The position numbers and the translations under genes are program-made. Below are positions 1 through 9,579 of a stretch of DNA of 64,000 bases, one piece after another; the first letter of the stretch is position 1; every line of letters begins with the position of its first letter. The stretch is from Gaiellales bacterium. Lineage in GTDB: Bacteria > Actinomycetota > Thermoleophilia > Gaiellales > Gaiellaceae. The stretch is from the NCBI GenBank assembly GCA_038248655.1, contig JBBRXG010000003.1, positions 14,879 to 78,878 of the forward strand, in the 5' to 3' direction. Under the pieces are notes generated by a model that saw only the letters and a list, made by a program, of their open reading frames with translations, ran no database searches and had not been told where the DNA came from.

Positions 1-464
1 ATCGCGCAGTCCGAGCCGACCGTGAGCACGATCCGCGCGCCCACCTCGAGGTTCGCCCCGGTCGGGACGTTCAGGCCGCCCGGCGGCTTGCGGAGGTCGC
101 GGAGCTCGACGCCGTGCCGGCGGGCGAGCGCGACCAGCTCCGGGTCGTCGGTCACGTACTCGTGCAGCCCGTTCTCGAGGTCGAGGCCCGCCGTGATCGC
201 GCTCTTCAGGAGCTCGTGCCACGCAGGCGGGAACCGCCCACCCTGCGTCGCGACGCCGACCAGCGCGGTCGTCGGCTCGTAGGCGAGCGCCTCCTCGACC
301 GTTTCGACGATCGGGACTCCTCCGTGGCTCTCCCCTGCGCGCTCGGAGTCGAGGATCGCAACCGTCGGCGCGTCGCCGTATCGGAGCACGCCGCGCATCG
401 TCTTCCCGTAGTGCGGGTCGCCGCTCCGGCCCTCGGCGAGAATCAGGTACCGCTTTCGGTTCAC
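1..464 (-). CDS. DUF1611-family protein (DgcN-like), N-terminal part; the 3' end runs off the window
   Basis: My own minus-strand translation from GTG at 464 gives VNRKRYLILAEGRSGDPHYGKTMRGVLRYGDAPTVAILDSERAGESHGGVPIVETVEEAL..., open to position 1. The pattern matches DUF1611 N-termini as I recall them. It lies directly downstream of a dipeptide-epimerase-like gene. Confidence 0.55.
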   Translation of the reverse strand, partial: MNRKRYLILAEGRSGDPHYGKTMRGVLRYGDAPTVAILDSERAGESHGGVPIVETVEEALAYEPTTALVGVATQGGRFPPAWHELLKSAITAGLDLENGLHEYVTDDPELVALARRHGVELRDLRKPPGGLNVPTGANLEVGARIVLTVGSDCA

Positions 465-472
465 TTCAGTAT

Positions 473-596
473 CGGGGTCTGACCCCGTGACGAGACTGCA
501 ACTTCTGCACGAGGCAAGCGTTCATGCGGTTCGCGTGCCGCTCCGTGTGCCTTCTGTCACGCTTTCGCCACGCTCTCGTAACGGGGTCTGACCCCG
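473..596. repeat. 124-bp MITE/REP-like element bounded by imperfect 23-nt inverted repeats (CGGGGTCWGACCCCGTKACGAGA)
   Basis: The left end at 473-495 matches the reverse complement of 574-596 at 21/23 positions. The core palindrome GGGGTCTGACCCC sits at 474-486 and 583-595. Confidence 0.7.
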
Positions 597-1588
597 AGTC
601 CGGGCTCCACCGATGGGGTCTGCACGCCGTCGACGAGCTCGACGCCCGGCCACGGATCGTCGGCGAGCAGGAGGTTTCCGTCCAGGTCCACGTGGTCGCA
701 CAGGCTCGCGATCGCGGCACCGGCGGCGATCCCGAGCCCCGACTCGACCATGCACCCGAGCATCACGCCAAGGCCGAGGGCGCGGGCGGCGTGCGCCATC
801 CGTACGGCCTCGTGGATCCCGCCCGACTTCGCCAGCTTGATGTTGACGCCGTGCGCGATCCGGGCGCAGGCGGCGACGTCGTGGAGCGTGTGACAGTCCT
901 CGTCCACGTAGATCGGAAGCGGGGCCCGCTTCTTCAGCTCGTGACCCTCCGCGTCGCCCGCCGGCAGCGGCTGCTCACAGTACTCGACGCCGAGCTCGGC
1001 CAGCTGCGGCAACGCATCGAGCGCCTGGTCGAGCGTCCAGAACTCGTTCACGTCGACCTGCAAAGGAACACCGGTCACGCCACGGACGGCGCGGACCCGC
1101 TCGACGTCGAGCCCGTCGCCGCCGCCCAGCTTCAGCTTCAGCCGTTTGAACCGCCCGTCGGCCTCTACACGTTCGGCGCTGCGCGCCATCTCGTCCGGCC
1201 CGGCGAGGCCGATCGTCCGTGCCGTCGGCGGCCCGAGGCGCTCGAGCCCGAGCACGTGCCAGACCGGTTCGCCGAGCAGCTTCCCGCACAGGTCGTGCAG
1301 GGCGGCGTCGATCGCCGACCGGGCCGCGAACTGCTCGGCCGGCAGACGCCCGAGCACCTCTTCGAGCGCGAACGGATCGTCTCCGAGGTCGCCGGCGACG
1401 AGCTCCGCATACCCGAGCGCGGACTCGGCCGACTCGTCATACCGATCGATCGGCGCCCCCTCCCCGAACCCGGACACTCCCTCGTGGCGGATCTCGACCT
1501 CGACCACGTCGGCCCTGTCCTGCGAGCCCCGCGCGATCGTGAACGTCTCGGCCAGCTCGAGAGAGACGATCCGGGCCCTCAACTCCAC
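557..1588 (-). CDS. Dipeptide epimerase, enolase superfamily (L-Ala-D/L-Glu epimerase / DgcA-like)
   Basis: 343-aa ORF with MR/MLE-type motifs: KLKLGG, QVDVNE, CEQPL, YVDEDC, NIKLAKSGG. The last 12 codons and the stop lie inside the repeat element. Confidence 0.8.
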   Translation of the reverse strand: MELRARIVSLELAETFTIARGSQDRADVVEVEIRHEGVSGFGEGAPIDRYDESAESALGYAELVAGDLGDDPFALEEVLGRLPAEQFAARSAIDAALHDLCGKLLGEPVWHVLGLERLGPPTARTIGLAGPDEMARSAERVEADGRFKRLKLKLGGGDGLDVERVRAVRGVTGVPLQVDVNEFWTLDQALDALPQLAELGVEYCEQPLPAGDAEGHELKKRAPLPIYVDEDCHTLHDVAACARIAHGVNIKLAKSGGIHEAVRMAHAARALGLGVMLGCMVESGLGIAAGAAIASLCDHVDLDGNLLLADDPWPGVELVDGVQTPSVEPGLGVRPRYESVAKA

Positions 1589-1610
1589 GCCGGTACACTA
1601 CGGCGCGCCA

Positions 1611-1683
1611 GCGCCTGTAGCTCAGGGGATAGAGCGCGCGCCTCCGGAGCGCGAGGTCGCAGGTTCGATTCCTGCCAGGCGCA
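1611..1683 (+). tRNA. tRNA-Arg (anticodon CCG)
   Basis: 73-nt cloverleaf folded by hand: acceptor GCGCCTG/CAGGCGC, anticodon stem CGCGC/GCGCG, loop CTCCGGA, T-loop TTCGATT. Confidence 0.9.
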
Positions 1684-1777
1684 ATCGCGGTCGTCCGGAG
1701 GGGACTCGACACCGCTTCCCGGTTGCCGCCGCAGTAGGATGTGACGGCCATGCGGACGGACGACCCCCTCAGTACGA

Positions 1778-2761
1778 ATGCCCAATCTGCCTCGCATCAA
1801 GCGGACGGGCGCGCCTGCGGCGGTCGAGGCAGTCGGCCCGCGCGAGCCGCGGCTCGCTGAGCTCACCGCCCACGGTCTCACCTGGGCCCACCTCGACGCC
1901 CCGACAGCAGACGAGGCGGCCCAGCTGGCCGGGCGGTTCGGCTGGCACCCGCTCGACCTCGAGGACGTCCTCTCGAAGCGCCAGCGGCCGAAGGTGGACG
2001 AGTACCCCGAGTACCTGTTCGTCGTCCTTCACTTCCCCGTGTACGACAAGGCAGTCCAGCGACTGAACGCCGGCGAGCTCGACGCCTTCCTCGGTCCCGG
2101 CTACCTCGTCACGCTGCCCACGGTCGAGCTCCTGCCGGTGACGCGGCTCTTCCTGCGCTGCAAGGAGGACGAGGAGCTGCGGGAGAACCTGTTCTCGAAG
2201 GGGTCCGGCTACCTGCTCTACCACGTCCTCGACGATCTCTTCGACTACTGCTTCCCGATCCTCGACAAGATCGGTCACAAGCTCGACTCGATCGAGGACG
2301 AGATGTTCGTGGGCCGTGCCGAGGACGTCGTCCGCGATCTCTCGAACGTGAAGCAGGAGATCATCTCCTACCGCAAGATCATCAAGCCCGAGCGCTCGAC
2401 CCTGCGTCTGCTCGAGCGACACGTGCCCCGCTACCTGCCGAAGGAGCTCGATCTCTACTTCGACGACATCGTCGACGCCTCGGAGCGGGTCTGGGACCTG
2501 CTCGACAACTACAAGGAGGTCGTCGAGGGCCTCGAGCAGACGAACGAGTCGGTGATCTCGCACCGGCAGAACAACGTGCTGCGCATTCTCACGGTGTTCA
2601 GCGTCGTGCTCCTCCCGCTGACGCTGATCTCCGGCATCTTCGGGATGAACGTCGACTTCCCCGGGTTCGGCACCGCCGAGGCGTTCTGGGTGATCGCCGG
2701 CGTGATGATCGGCCTGGCCGCCGGACTGGTCGGCTTCTTCCGCTACAAGCGCTGGCTCTGA
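1778..2761 (+). CDS. corA: Magnesium/cobalt transporter CorA
   Basis: 327-aa ORF with two C-terminal TM segments and the GMN signature (ISGIFGMNVDFPG). Confidence 0.85.
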   Translation: MPNLPRIKRTGAPAAVEAVGPREPRLAELTAHGLTWAHLDAPTADEAAQLAGRFGWHPLDLEDVLSKRQRPKVDEYPEYLFVVLHFPVYDKAVQRLNAGELDAFLGPGYLVTLPTVELLPVTRLFLRCKEDEELRENLFSKGSGYLLYHVLDDLFDYCFPILDKIGHKLDSIEDEMFVGRAEDVVRDLSNVKQEIISYRKIIKPERSTLRLLERHVPRYLPKELDLYFDDIVDASERVWDLLDNYKEVVEGLEQTNESVISHRQNNVLRILTVFSVVLLPLTLISGIFGMNVDFPGFGTAEAFWVIAGVMIGLAAGLVGFFRYKRWL

Positions 2762-2833
2762 ACGGGAGTGCAAACCCGGTCCGCATCACGCACGTGACGC
2801 ACCGATGAGCAGCGCGGACCCCAGGAGGCTCGG

Positions 2834-3319
2834 GTGGTGACGAAGCAGCTATGGGCACCGTGGCGGCTGGAGTACATCCGGCAGGCGGACGAGCTGGACG
2901 CGTGCGTGTTCTGCCGGGCAGCCGACGGGCCCGACGAGGATCTCCTCGTCGTCGATCGCGGCGAGGCCGCGTTCGTCCTCCTGAACAGGTTCCCGTACGC
3001 CTCCGGCCACCTGATGGTCGCCCCGTATCGACATGCCGGTGATTTCGGCGGGCTGTCGGACGCCGAGGCGCTCGAGTTGCACCGGCTGGCCGAGCGCGGG
3101 ATCGCCGCGCTCGCCGAGACCTTCGAACCGCAGGGCTACAACCTCGGCTGGAACCTCGGACGGACCGCCGGCGCCGGCGTGGTCGACCACGTCCATCTGC
3201 ACGTCGTGCCCCGCTGGGCGGGCGACACGAACTTCATGCCGGTGCTCGCCGACGTCAAGGTGCTGCCCGAGCACCTGAGCGAGACGCGCGCGAAGCTGGC
3301 GGCGGCCTGGCCCCGTTAG
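2834..3319 (+). CDS. HIT-family nucleotide hydrolase/phosphorylase (Ap4A phosphorylase-like)
   Basis: 161-aa ORF with the histidine triad HVHLHVVPR and the upstream FLLNRFPYASGHLMV block. Confidence 0.85.
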   Translation: MVTKQLWAPWRLEYIRQADELDACVFCRAADGPDEDLLVVDRGEAAFVLLNRFPYASGHLMVAPYRHAGDFGGLSDAEALELHRLAERGIAALAETFEPQGYNLGWNLGRTAGAGVVDHVHLHVVPRWAGDTNFMPVLADVKVLPEHLSETRAKLAAAWPR

Positions 3320-3699
3320 GCGTTGCCGAAGAAGAGCGGTCGGCCGACGCGCGCCTCGACCCTCAGGTACCGCCAGAGCCGAAAGCCCTCCACCTCCGAC
3401 TCGCGGACGAGGTTGCACACGGCCGCGACCGCCTCCAGTGACGGCGCGTCGGCCAGGATGTACGCCGTCCACGGCCAGGTCGCGGACGAGCCCACCATCA
3501 GCTCGTCGTCGTCGAGCGTGCCCAGCACCTCCAGCCCGAAGCGTCCGCCGAGGTCGGAGAACGCCCGGGTGATCCCCTCGACGATCGACGGCACGCGCGC
3601 CGGCTCCTCGTCGAAGAAGCTCTGCGTCACGCCGATGCAGAAGAGAACGCGGAAACCCTCCCCGCGGACGTTCCGATAGCTCGCCGCCGTCTCGCCCAT
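3316..3699 (-). CDS. Hypothetical protein
   Basis: ORF 3316..3753. I prefer the internal ATG at 3699 (MGETAASYRNVRGEGF...). GC3 is high and there is a 4-nt overlap with the HIT gene's stop. I do not recognise a family. Confidence 0.45.
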   Translation of the reverse strand: MGETAASYRNVRGEGFRVLFCIGVTQSFFDEEPARVPSIVEGITRAFSDLGGRFGLEVLGTLDDDELMVGSSATWPWTAYILADAPSLEAVAAVCNLVRESEVEGFRLWRYLRVEARVGRPLFFGNA

Positions 3700-3700
3700 C

Positions 3701-4945
3701 TTGCAACGTCTCCCGCCGCGTGAGACCGTACCAGCTGTGGAACGGCCGTTCACCAGTCGGGAGCGGGAGATCCTCGAGCTGACAGGGCGACTCGCGGACG
3801 CGTTCGCCGAGCGCGCCCCCGGGCACGACCGCGAGTCGACCTTCCCCTTCGAGAACTACGAGGACATGCGCGAGGCCGGCTATCTCGGCCTCACCGTCCC
3901 GGAGGAGCTCGGCGGAATGGGTGCGTCGCTGTGGGAGCTGATCGTCGCCCAGGAGCGCCTGGCGATGGGCGACGGCTCGACCGCCCTCGCTGTCAACATG
4001 CACGTCTCGCCGATCGGGCAGCTCGCCTCGCTCTGGCGTACGTCGGGCGACGTAGAGCTTGCGGACGTCCTCACCCGGGCCGGAGACGGCCGTCTCGTCT
4101 ATGCGTCGATGTCGGCCGAGCCGGGCGACCCGCTCCTGATGAGCTCGACGACGATCGCGCGCCGCGTGGACGGCGGTTACCGGGTGACCGGCAAGAAGAT
4201 CTTCGGCACCGAGTCGGCGGTCTGCACCGAATTCTCCACGCGCGCGCTCGACGAGGAGCGCGGCCGCGTGCTCTTCTTCCGCGTCCCGCGCGACGCCGAC
4301 GGTCTCCGGTTCAAGGACACCTGGGACACGATGGGCATGCGGGGGACGCTCTCGAACGACTTCGAGCTGGAGAACGTGTTCGTGCCGGACGAAGCGATCT
4401 TCCACTCCTACCCGGCCGACCACTTCGACGGGACGATGCTGAAGACGGTGTGGGGCTGGGCGATGCCGACCTTCGGCGCCGTCTATCTGGGGATCGGCGC
4501 GGGCGCGACGGCGCTCGCGCGCGCGCAGGTCGAGGCCCGCGGACGGCAGGGCGACCCCCAGGTCCAGCACGTGTTCGCGGAGATGGAGGTGCTGCTCGAG
4601 ACGGCGCGCGCGGTGCTCTACCGTCACGCGCAGGAGATGGACAGCGGAGCCCTGTACTCGGTGCCGGTGCAGGACGGCATGGCTCGAGCCGTGCTGACGA
4701 AGTACGTGTGCACCAACAACGCCGTCGCGATCGTCGACCGGGCCCTCCACGTCGTCGGAGGAGCCGGCTACTTCCGTCGTCTCCCGCTCGAGCGGATGTA
4801 CCGCGACGTCAGGGCGGGACCGATCATGCCGTACAACAACCTGGAGGCCCATGACCTGTTCGGGCGGAACGCGCTCGGGATCGAGATCGCGCCCGCCGTC
4901 CCGCTGGCCGCCGATGACGAGCCGTCGGCCAGCATCATCCCCTGA
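3701..4945 (+). CDS. Acyl-CoA dehydrogenase family protein
   Basis: 414-aa ORF with typical ACAD N-terminal, middle and C-terminal blocks (FPFENYEDMREAGYLGLTVPEELGG..., GMRGTLSNDFELENVFVP). An alternative GTG start is at 3737. Confidence 0.8.
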   Translation: MQRLPPRETVPAVERPFTSREREILELTGRLADAFAERAPGHDRESTFPFENYEDMREAGYLGLTVPEELGGMGASLWELIVAQERLAMGDGSTALAVNMHVSPIGQLASLWRTSGDVELADVLTRAGDGRLVYASMSAEPGDPLLMSSTTIARRVDGGYRVTGKKIFGTESAVCTEFSTRALDEERGRVLFFRVPRDADGLRFKDTWDTMGMRGTLSNDFELENVFVPDEAIFHSYPADHFDGTMLKTVWGWAMPTFGAVYLGIGAGATALARAQVEARGRQGDPQVQHVFAEMEVLLETARAVLYRHAQEMDSGALYSVPVQDGMARAVLTKYVCTNNAVAIVDRALHVVGGAGYFRRLPLERMYRDVRAGPIMPYNNLEAHDLFGRNALGIEIAPAVPLAADDEPSASIIP

Positions 4946-4968
4946 ACGACCAACCGAGGAGGGACAGC

Positions 4969-6138
4969 ATGCAAGGAACACGTTCACGACGAGTGCTAGC
5001 CGCGCTGGCTGCGCTCGCCGCCACTGCCGTAACGGCCGGCAGCGCGGGTAGCGCGCCGAAGCCACCCGTTCATCTGGCGATGATCTCGCCGCTGACCGGA
5101 CCACTCTCGTTCGTCGGCGTCGACAACCTCGCCGGCGCACGCGCGGCCGTTCGGGAGATCAACGGGCAGGGCGGCGTCAAGGGGCGGCGCATCGTCCTCG
5201 ACGTCTTCGACGACGGCTCCAACCCGTCGCAGGGCGTCGTCAACATGCAGCGAGTCGTCGGCAACAAGCAGTATCTCGGCGTCGTCGGCTCGGGCTTCAG
5301 CTCGGTCGGGCTCGCCGTCGCGCCGATCGTCTCCGCCGGACACATCCCGTACATCTCGATGGCCTCGTCGGCGGCGCAGGTCACCCCGGCGAAGCCGTAC
5401 TACTTCATGACGACCGCGACGAGCCGCCTCTTCGCGTACTCGATGGCGTTCGAGCTGCGCAAGGAGGGGATCAAGCGGATCGTCGTCATGGCCGACAACG
5501 GCGGCTTCGGGCAGGAGGGTGTGCGCAACGTCCGGGAGCTGGCGAAGGCCTTCGGGTTCACGATCGTCGACGAGATCATCTTCCCGCTCACCTCGACGAC
5601 CTTCACCGCCGAGCTGAACAACGTCAAGAGCTCGAACGCAGAGGCGCTCTGGCTCTGGAACGCGACCACGCTGGCAGTGACGATCACGAAGGAGATGCGC
5701 CAGCTGGGCCTGACGCAGAAGCTCGTCCTGACGGGCGGCAACGCCTCGGTCAACTACCTCCAGCCGGCCTGCCCGCAGGCGAACGGAGCGCTGGTGAACA
5801 CGTACCTCGGACCGATCGCCCAGTTCATCCGGAAGGACAACCCCTCGCGTGCAATCGCCCTGCGCGTGAACAAGCTGCTGGGCAAGCAGGGCTCGACCTT
5901 CAACTACGACGGCTACACCGCGGTGACGATGTTCAAGGCGGCGATGGAGCGCGGCGGCTTCTCGCGCGAGGCGATCAACCGGGCGCTCGAGACCAAGCTG
6001 AAAGGGTTCGCGGGCCCCGGCGGCCAGTACTACTACTCGGCCGTCAACCACTCCGGGCTCGGCTTGAAGAGCATGGTCGTGTCGCAGATCCGCGACTGCA
6101 AGATGCGGCCGATCGCGGGGCAGGCGCTGCCGAAGTAG
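4969..6138 (+). CDS. ABC transporter substrate-binding protein, LivK/Peripla_BP_6 type
   Basis: 389-aa ORF with a signal peptide (RRVLAALAALAATAVTAGSAGS) and LivK-like blocks (ISPLTGPLSFVG, GGVKGRRIVL). Confidence 0.85.
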   Translation: MQGTRSRRVLAALAALAATAVTAGSAGSAPKPPVHLAMISPLTGPLSFVGVDNLAGARAAVREINGQGGVKGRRIVLDVFDDGSNPSQGVVNMQRVVGNKQYLGVVGSGFSSVGLAVAPIVSAGHIPYISMASSAAQVTPAKPYYFMTTATSRLFAYSMAFELRKEGIKRIVVMADNGGFGQEGVRNVRELAKAFGFTIVDEIIFPLTSTTFTAELNNVKSSNAEALWLWNATTLAVTITKEMRQLGLTQKLVLTGGNASVNYLQPACPQANGALVNTYLGPIAQFIRKDNPSRAIALRVNKLLGKQGSTFNYDGYTAVTMFKAAMERGGFSREAINRALETKLKGFAGPGGQYYYSAVNHSGLGLKSMVVSQIRDCKMRPIAGQALPK

Positions 6139-6861
6139 GTGGCTCTCAACGGCCGAGCCGCAGTCGTCACCGGCGCGGGGCAGGGTCTGGGCGAGGCGAT
6201 TGCCCGGGCCCTGCACGCGCACGGGGCGGCGGTGGTGCTCGCGGATCTGAACGTGTCCCGGGCCGAGGCGGTTGCGCGCGCGCTGGGCGACCGCGCCTCG
6301 GCCGCGTTCGTCGACGTCCGCGAGCGCTCGTCTCTCGAGCGGCTACTCGACGACGTCACCGACCTCGACATCCTGGTCAACAACGCCGCTCGCACGGTCG
6401 CGCGGCCGCTCTGGGAGATCGAGCAGGCGGAGTGGGACGACGTCCTGGCGACGAACCTGCGCGGCGTCTTCTTCGGGTGCCAGGTCGCCGGCCAGCGCCT
6501 GCGCGAGCGCGGCTGGGGGCGAATCGTGAACCTGGCGTCGATCGGCGGGCAGCAGCCGGGGGCGATGGGCGCCCACTATGCGGCCTCCAAGGCGGGGATC
6601 GTGATCGTGACGAAGCTGTTCGCCGCCGAGCTCGCGCCGACAGGCGTGACCGTCAACGCGGTCGCGCCGGCGGCGGTGCGCACGCCCGCGTTCGACGAGC
6701 TCTCGGACGAGCAGCTCGAAGCGCTGAGGCGCCGGATTCCGGTCGGCCGCTTCGGCGAGCCCGCGGAGATCGGCGAGCTGGTCGCCTTCCTCTGCTCCGA
6801 GGCGGCAGGCTACGTCACCGGGGCGACGCTCGACGTCAACGGCGGCCTGCTGATGCGCTGA
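6139..6861 (+). CDS. SDR-family oxidoreductase (FabG-like)
   Basis: 240 aa with TGAGQGLG cofactor motif, NNAA, and the YAASKAG catalytic motif. Confidence 0.85.
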   Translation: MALNGRAAVVTGAGQGLGEAIARALHAHGAAVVLADLNVSRAEAVARALGDRASAAFVDVRERSSLERLLDDVTDLDILVNNAARTVARPLWEIEQAEWDDVLATNLRGVFFGCQVAGQRLRERGWGRIVNLASIGGQQPGAMGAHYAASKAGIVIVTKLFAAELAPTGVTVNAVAPAAVRTPAFDELSDEQLEALRRRIPVGRFGEPAEIGELVAFLCSEAAGYVTGATLDVNGGLLMR

Positions 6862-6869
6862 CGCCGGGC

Positions 6870-7940
6870 CTACGCCTCCGGCTCAGCGCGGCGCAGGCGC
6901 AGGCGCCTGCCGAGGCCGGCGACGGTCGGCAGAAGGCCGCGCGGCATGAACAGCATCACGACGATCAGGATCAGCGCGAAGACGCCGAGCTCGAAGACGG
7001 CCGGCGCGGTCAGCGGGAGCTCGAAGCCGAGGAGGTGCTCGCGCGTCCCGAGGCCGCGCAGCTCGTCGCGAATCCAGACGATCGCCACCGCGCCGAGCAC
7101 GGCTCCGTACACGCTGCCCAGGCCGCCGACCACGACCATCACGACGAACTCGATCGAGATCAGGAGGGGGAACGCGTCCGGCGAGAGAAACTGGAGCCGG
7201 AAGGCGTACAGTCCCCCGGCGAGCCCGGCGAAGGCGGCGGCGAGCACGAACAGGCGCAGCTTGTAGCCGGCGACGTCGATCCCGACGGAAGCCGCCTCCC
7301 GCTCGCCTGCCGCGATCGCCCGAAGCGCGCGCCCCGCCCGCGACCGGACCAGGTTGACCGCGATCACGAGCACGACCGCGACGAGCGCCCAGATCAGCGC
7401 GGCGAGCCGCCGCTTCGTCGGATCGGCGACGTCGGTGATCGTGTATCCGCCCACCGCGAGCGGCTTCGTGATCGAGAGGCCCGGGTCCTGGCCGCCGGTG
7501 AAGCGATCCTGGGCGAAGAGGACCGCGAGCACGATCAGGTGCAGCGCGAGGGTCGCGAACGCGAGGTAGTGACCCCGGAGCCGAAGCAGCGGCACCCCGA
7601 CGACTGCGGCGACCGCCGCGGTCAGCACGGGCGCAGCGGCGACCGCGAGGAGCGGATGGATGCCGGCGTTCGGATCGACGTAGCGCGTGGCGGGGTCGAC
7701 GCCCATCGTCAGGATCCCGGCCGTGTACGCGCCCAGGATGTAGAAGGCGCCCTGGCCGAGCGAGATCTGCCCGGCGAAGCCCATCAGCAGCGAGAGCCCG
7801 ATCGCGACCATCGCGGCGAGGCCCATGTCGAGGTAGATCGGCAGGTGATCGCTGCCGAGGCGGAAGGCGAGCCAGACGGCGACCGCGCCGCCGGCCGCGA
7901 TCGCGAGCACGCGCCCCGCAGCGAGCGTCCCCGCCCTCAC
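6870..7940 (-). CDS. Branched-chain-amino-acid-type ABC permease (LivM-type)
   Basis: This is the C-terminal 357 codons of ORF 6870..8846. The GTG at 7940 overlaps the upstream stop (GTGA). It is multi-TM, with LLMGFAGQISLGQGAFY. Confidence 0.8.
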   Translation of the reverse strand: MRAGTLAAGRVLAIAAGGAVAVWLAFRLGSDHLPIYLDMGLAAMVAIGLSLLMGFAGQISLGQGAFYILGAYTAGILTMGVDPATRYVDPNAGIHPLLAVAAAPVLTAAVAAVVGVPLLRLRGHYLAFATLALHLIVLAVLFAQDRFTGGQDPGLSITKPLAVGGYTITDVADPTKRRLAALIWALVAVVLVIAVNLVRSRAGRALRAIAAGEREAASVGIDVAGYKLRLFVLAAAFAGLAGGLYAFRLQFLSPDAFPLLISIEFVVMVVVGGLGSVYGAVLGAVAIVWIRDELRGLGTREHLLGFELPLTAPAVFELGVFALILIVVMLFMPRGLLPTVAGLGRRLRLRRAEPEA

Positions 7941-8809
7941 GCCACCTGCTCCTTCCGCGCCCGCCAGCCGATCAGGACGAGCATGATCACGAGCGCCGCG
8001 GCAAGCTCGTACTGGCGTGCCTGGTGGATCCCGATCCGGTCGCCGTACGCGACCACGAGCTGCTCGGCGATGCCGAGCACGAGCCCGCCGACGAACGCGA
8101 GCCGGATCGAGACGAGCCCGCCGAAGGCCGCCGCCGCGAACCCGTTGACCGCGATCGACACGTCTGCGTCGTAGGTGACCGGGACGATCGGCGTCACCAG
8201 CAGGCCGCCGATCGCCGACAGGAGCGCGGAGACGGAGAAGGTGGCGATCGCGACCGACCGCAGCGAGAGGCCGACGAGCTCGGCGGCGCGCACCGAGTCC
8301 GCCGTCGCGACCAGGGCGTGCCCGAGGATCGTGCGGTGCAGCAGGAGGGTCAGAAGCAGCGTCGCGACCACAGTCACGCCGGCGATCAGCACGTACTGCG
8401 GCTGGACGACGACCCCGCCGACCTCCCAGGCTCGCGCGGAGACCGCCGGGTACGTGTGCGGCCGGTCTCCGAACCCGAGCAGCTCGGCCGCCTGCGCGAG
8501 GAAGGCGATCCCGAGCGTGATCACGAGACTCGCGAGCGGGGTGGTCAGGCCCCGGATCCCGACGGCGACGAAGCCGGTGGCCGCGCCGACGAGGGCGACG
8601 ATCGCAACGGCAGCGGCGGCCGCGGCCGGAATCGGCCATCCGTGGTCGACGAACCAGACGGTGAACTGGCCGCCGAGGACGGCGAATGCGCCCTGGGCGA
8701 AGTTGACGATGTTGGTGGTGCGGAAGATGAGCGCGAACGAGATTCCGACGAGCGCGAACGCCGAGCCGACCGACAGGCCCAGGACGATCGTCTGCACCAG
8801 CTGGGTCAC
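7937..8809 (-). CDS. Branched-chain-amino-acid-type ABC permease (LivH-type)
   Basis: 290-aa multi-TM ORF (FALIFRTTNIVNFAQGAF). Confidence 0.85.
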   Translation of the reverse strand: MTQLVQTIVLGLSVGSAFALVGISFALIFRTTNIVNFAQGAFAVLGGQFTVWFVDHGWPIPAAAAAAVAIVALVGAATGFVAVGIRGLTTPLASLVITLGIAFLAQAAELLGFGDRPHTYPAVSARAWEVGGVVVQPQYVLIAGVTVVATLLLTLLLHRTILGHALVATADSVRAAELVGLSLRSVAIATFSVSALLSAIGGLLVTPIVPVTYDADVSIAVNGFAAAAFGGLVSIRLAFVGGLVLGIAEQLVVAYGDRIGIHQARQYELAAALVIMLVLIGWRARKEQVA

Positions 8810-9579
8810 CCGCCCACCCCGAGCCCGCCGCCGAGGTACGCGGCACGAACGAGCGGGTCCCGCTCGAGCTCCTTCGCCGGCCCCTCGAGCACCACTCGCC
8901 CGGTCTCGAGCACGTAGGCCCGCTCGCAGACGTGGAAGGCGAGCGCCGCGTTCTGCTCGACGAGCAGCAGCGCGACCCCCTCCTGCTCGTTCAGCGCGAG
9001 CAGGAACTCCGAGAGATCCTGGACGACCAGCGGCGCGAGCCCGAGCGAGAGCTCGTCGACCGCCAGCAGTCGCGGCTGGGCCATCAGAGCGCGGCCGATC
9101 GCGACCATCTGCTGCTCGCCGCCCGACGTCTTGCCGGCAGGCCGGTCCCGCAGCTCGCGCAGCTTCGGGAGCAGCTCGTAGACGGCCTCCAGCCTGGACT
9201 GCACGTCGGCCTTCCGCCGCGTGTAGCGGAGCGTCGAGGAGAGGAGCTCGCCGCTGAACTCGCGCCCGAAGGCGCCCAGGAGGAGATTGGCCTCGACGGG
9301 AAGGGTGGCGAAGACCTGCCGCCCCTCCGGGACCTGCGTGACGCCGAGGCGGACGATCGCGCGCGGCGAGTGGCCGGTGACGTCGCGACCGTCGATCCGC
9401 ACCCGCCCCGCCGCCGGCTTCACGAGGCCGCAGATCGCGTTCAGGAGCGAGCTCTTGCCGGCCCCGTTCGGCCCGATCAGCGCGACCCGCTCCCCGGGCT
9501 CCAGCCGGAGCGTGACTCCGTCGACGGCGACCGCGGGTCCGTAGCGAACGGCGAGGTCGGCGACCTCGAGCAGCGTCAT
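8806..9579 (-). CDS. ABC transporter ATP-binding protein (LivF-type)
   Basis: The internal ATG at 9579 gives MTLLEVADLAVRYG... It has Walker A GPNGAGKSS and the signature SGGEQQ, with an ATGA overlap to the upstream gene. Confidence 0.85.
   Translation of the reverse strand: MTLLEVADLAVRYGPAVAVDGVTLRLEPGERVALIGPNGAGKSSLLNAICGLVKPAAGRVRIDGRDVTGHSPRAIVRLGVTQVPEGRQVFATLPVEANLLLGAFGREFSGELLSSTLRYTRRKADVQSRLEAVYELLPKLRELRDRPAGKTSGGEQQMVAIGRALMAQPRLLAVDELSLGLAPLVVQDLSEFLLALNEQEGVALLLVEQNAALAFHVCERAYVLETGRVVLEGPAKELERDPLVRAAYLGGGLGVGG

Noticed and set aside
1684-1777. Mg2+ (M-box) riboswitch upstream of corA.
   Set aside because: Only 94 nt are available, which is too short for an M-box, and no matching conserved helices were seen.
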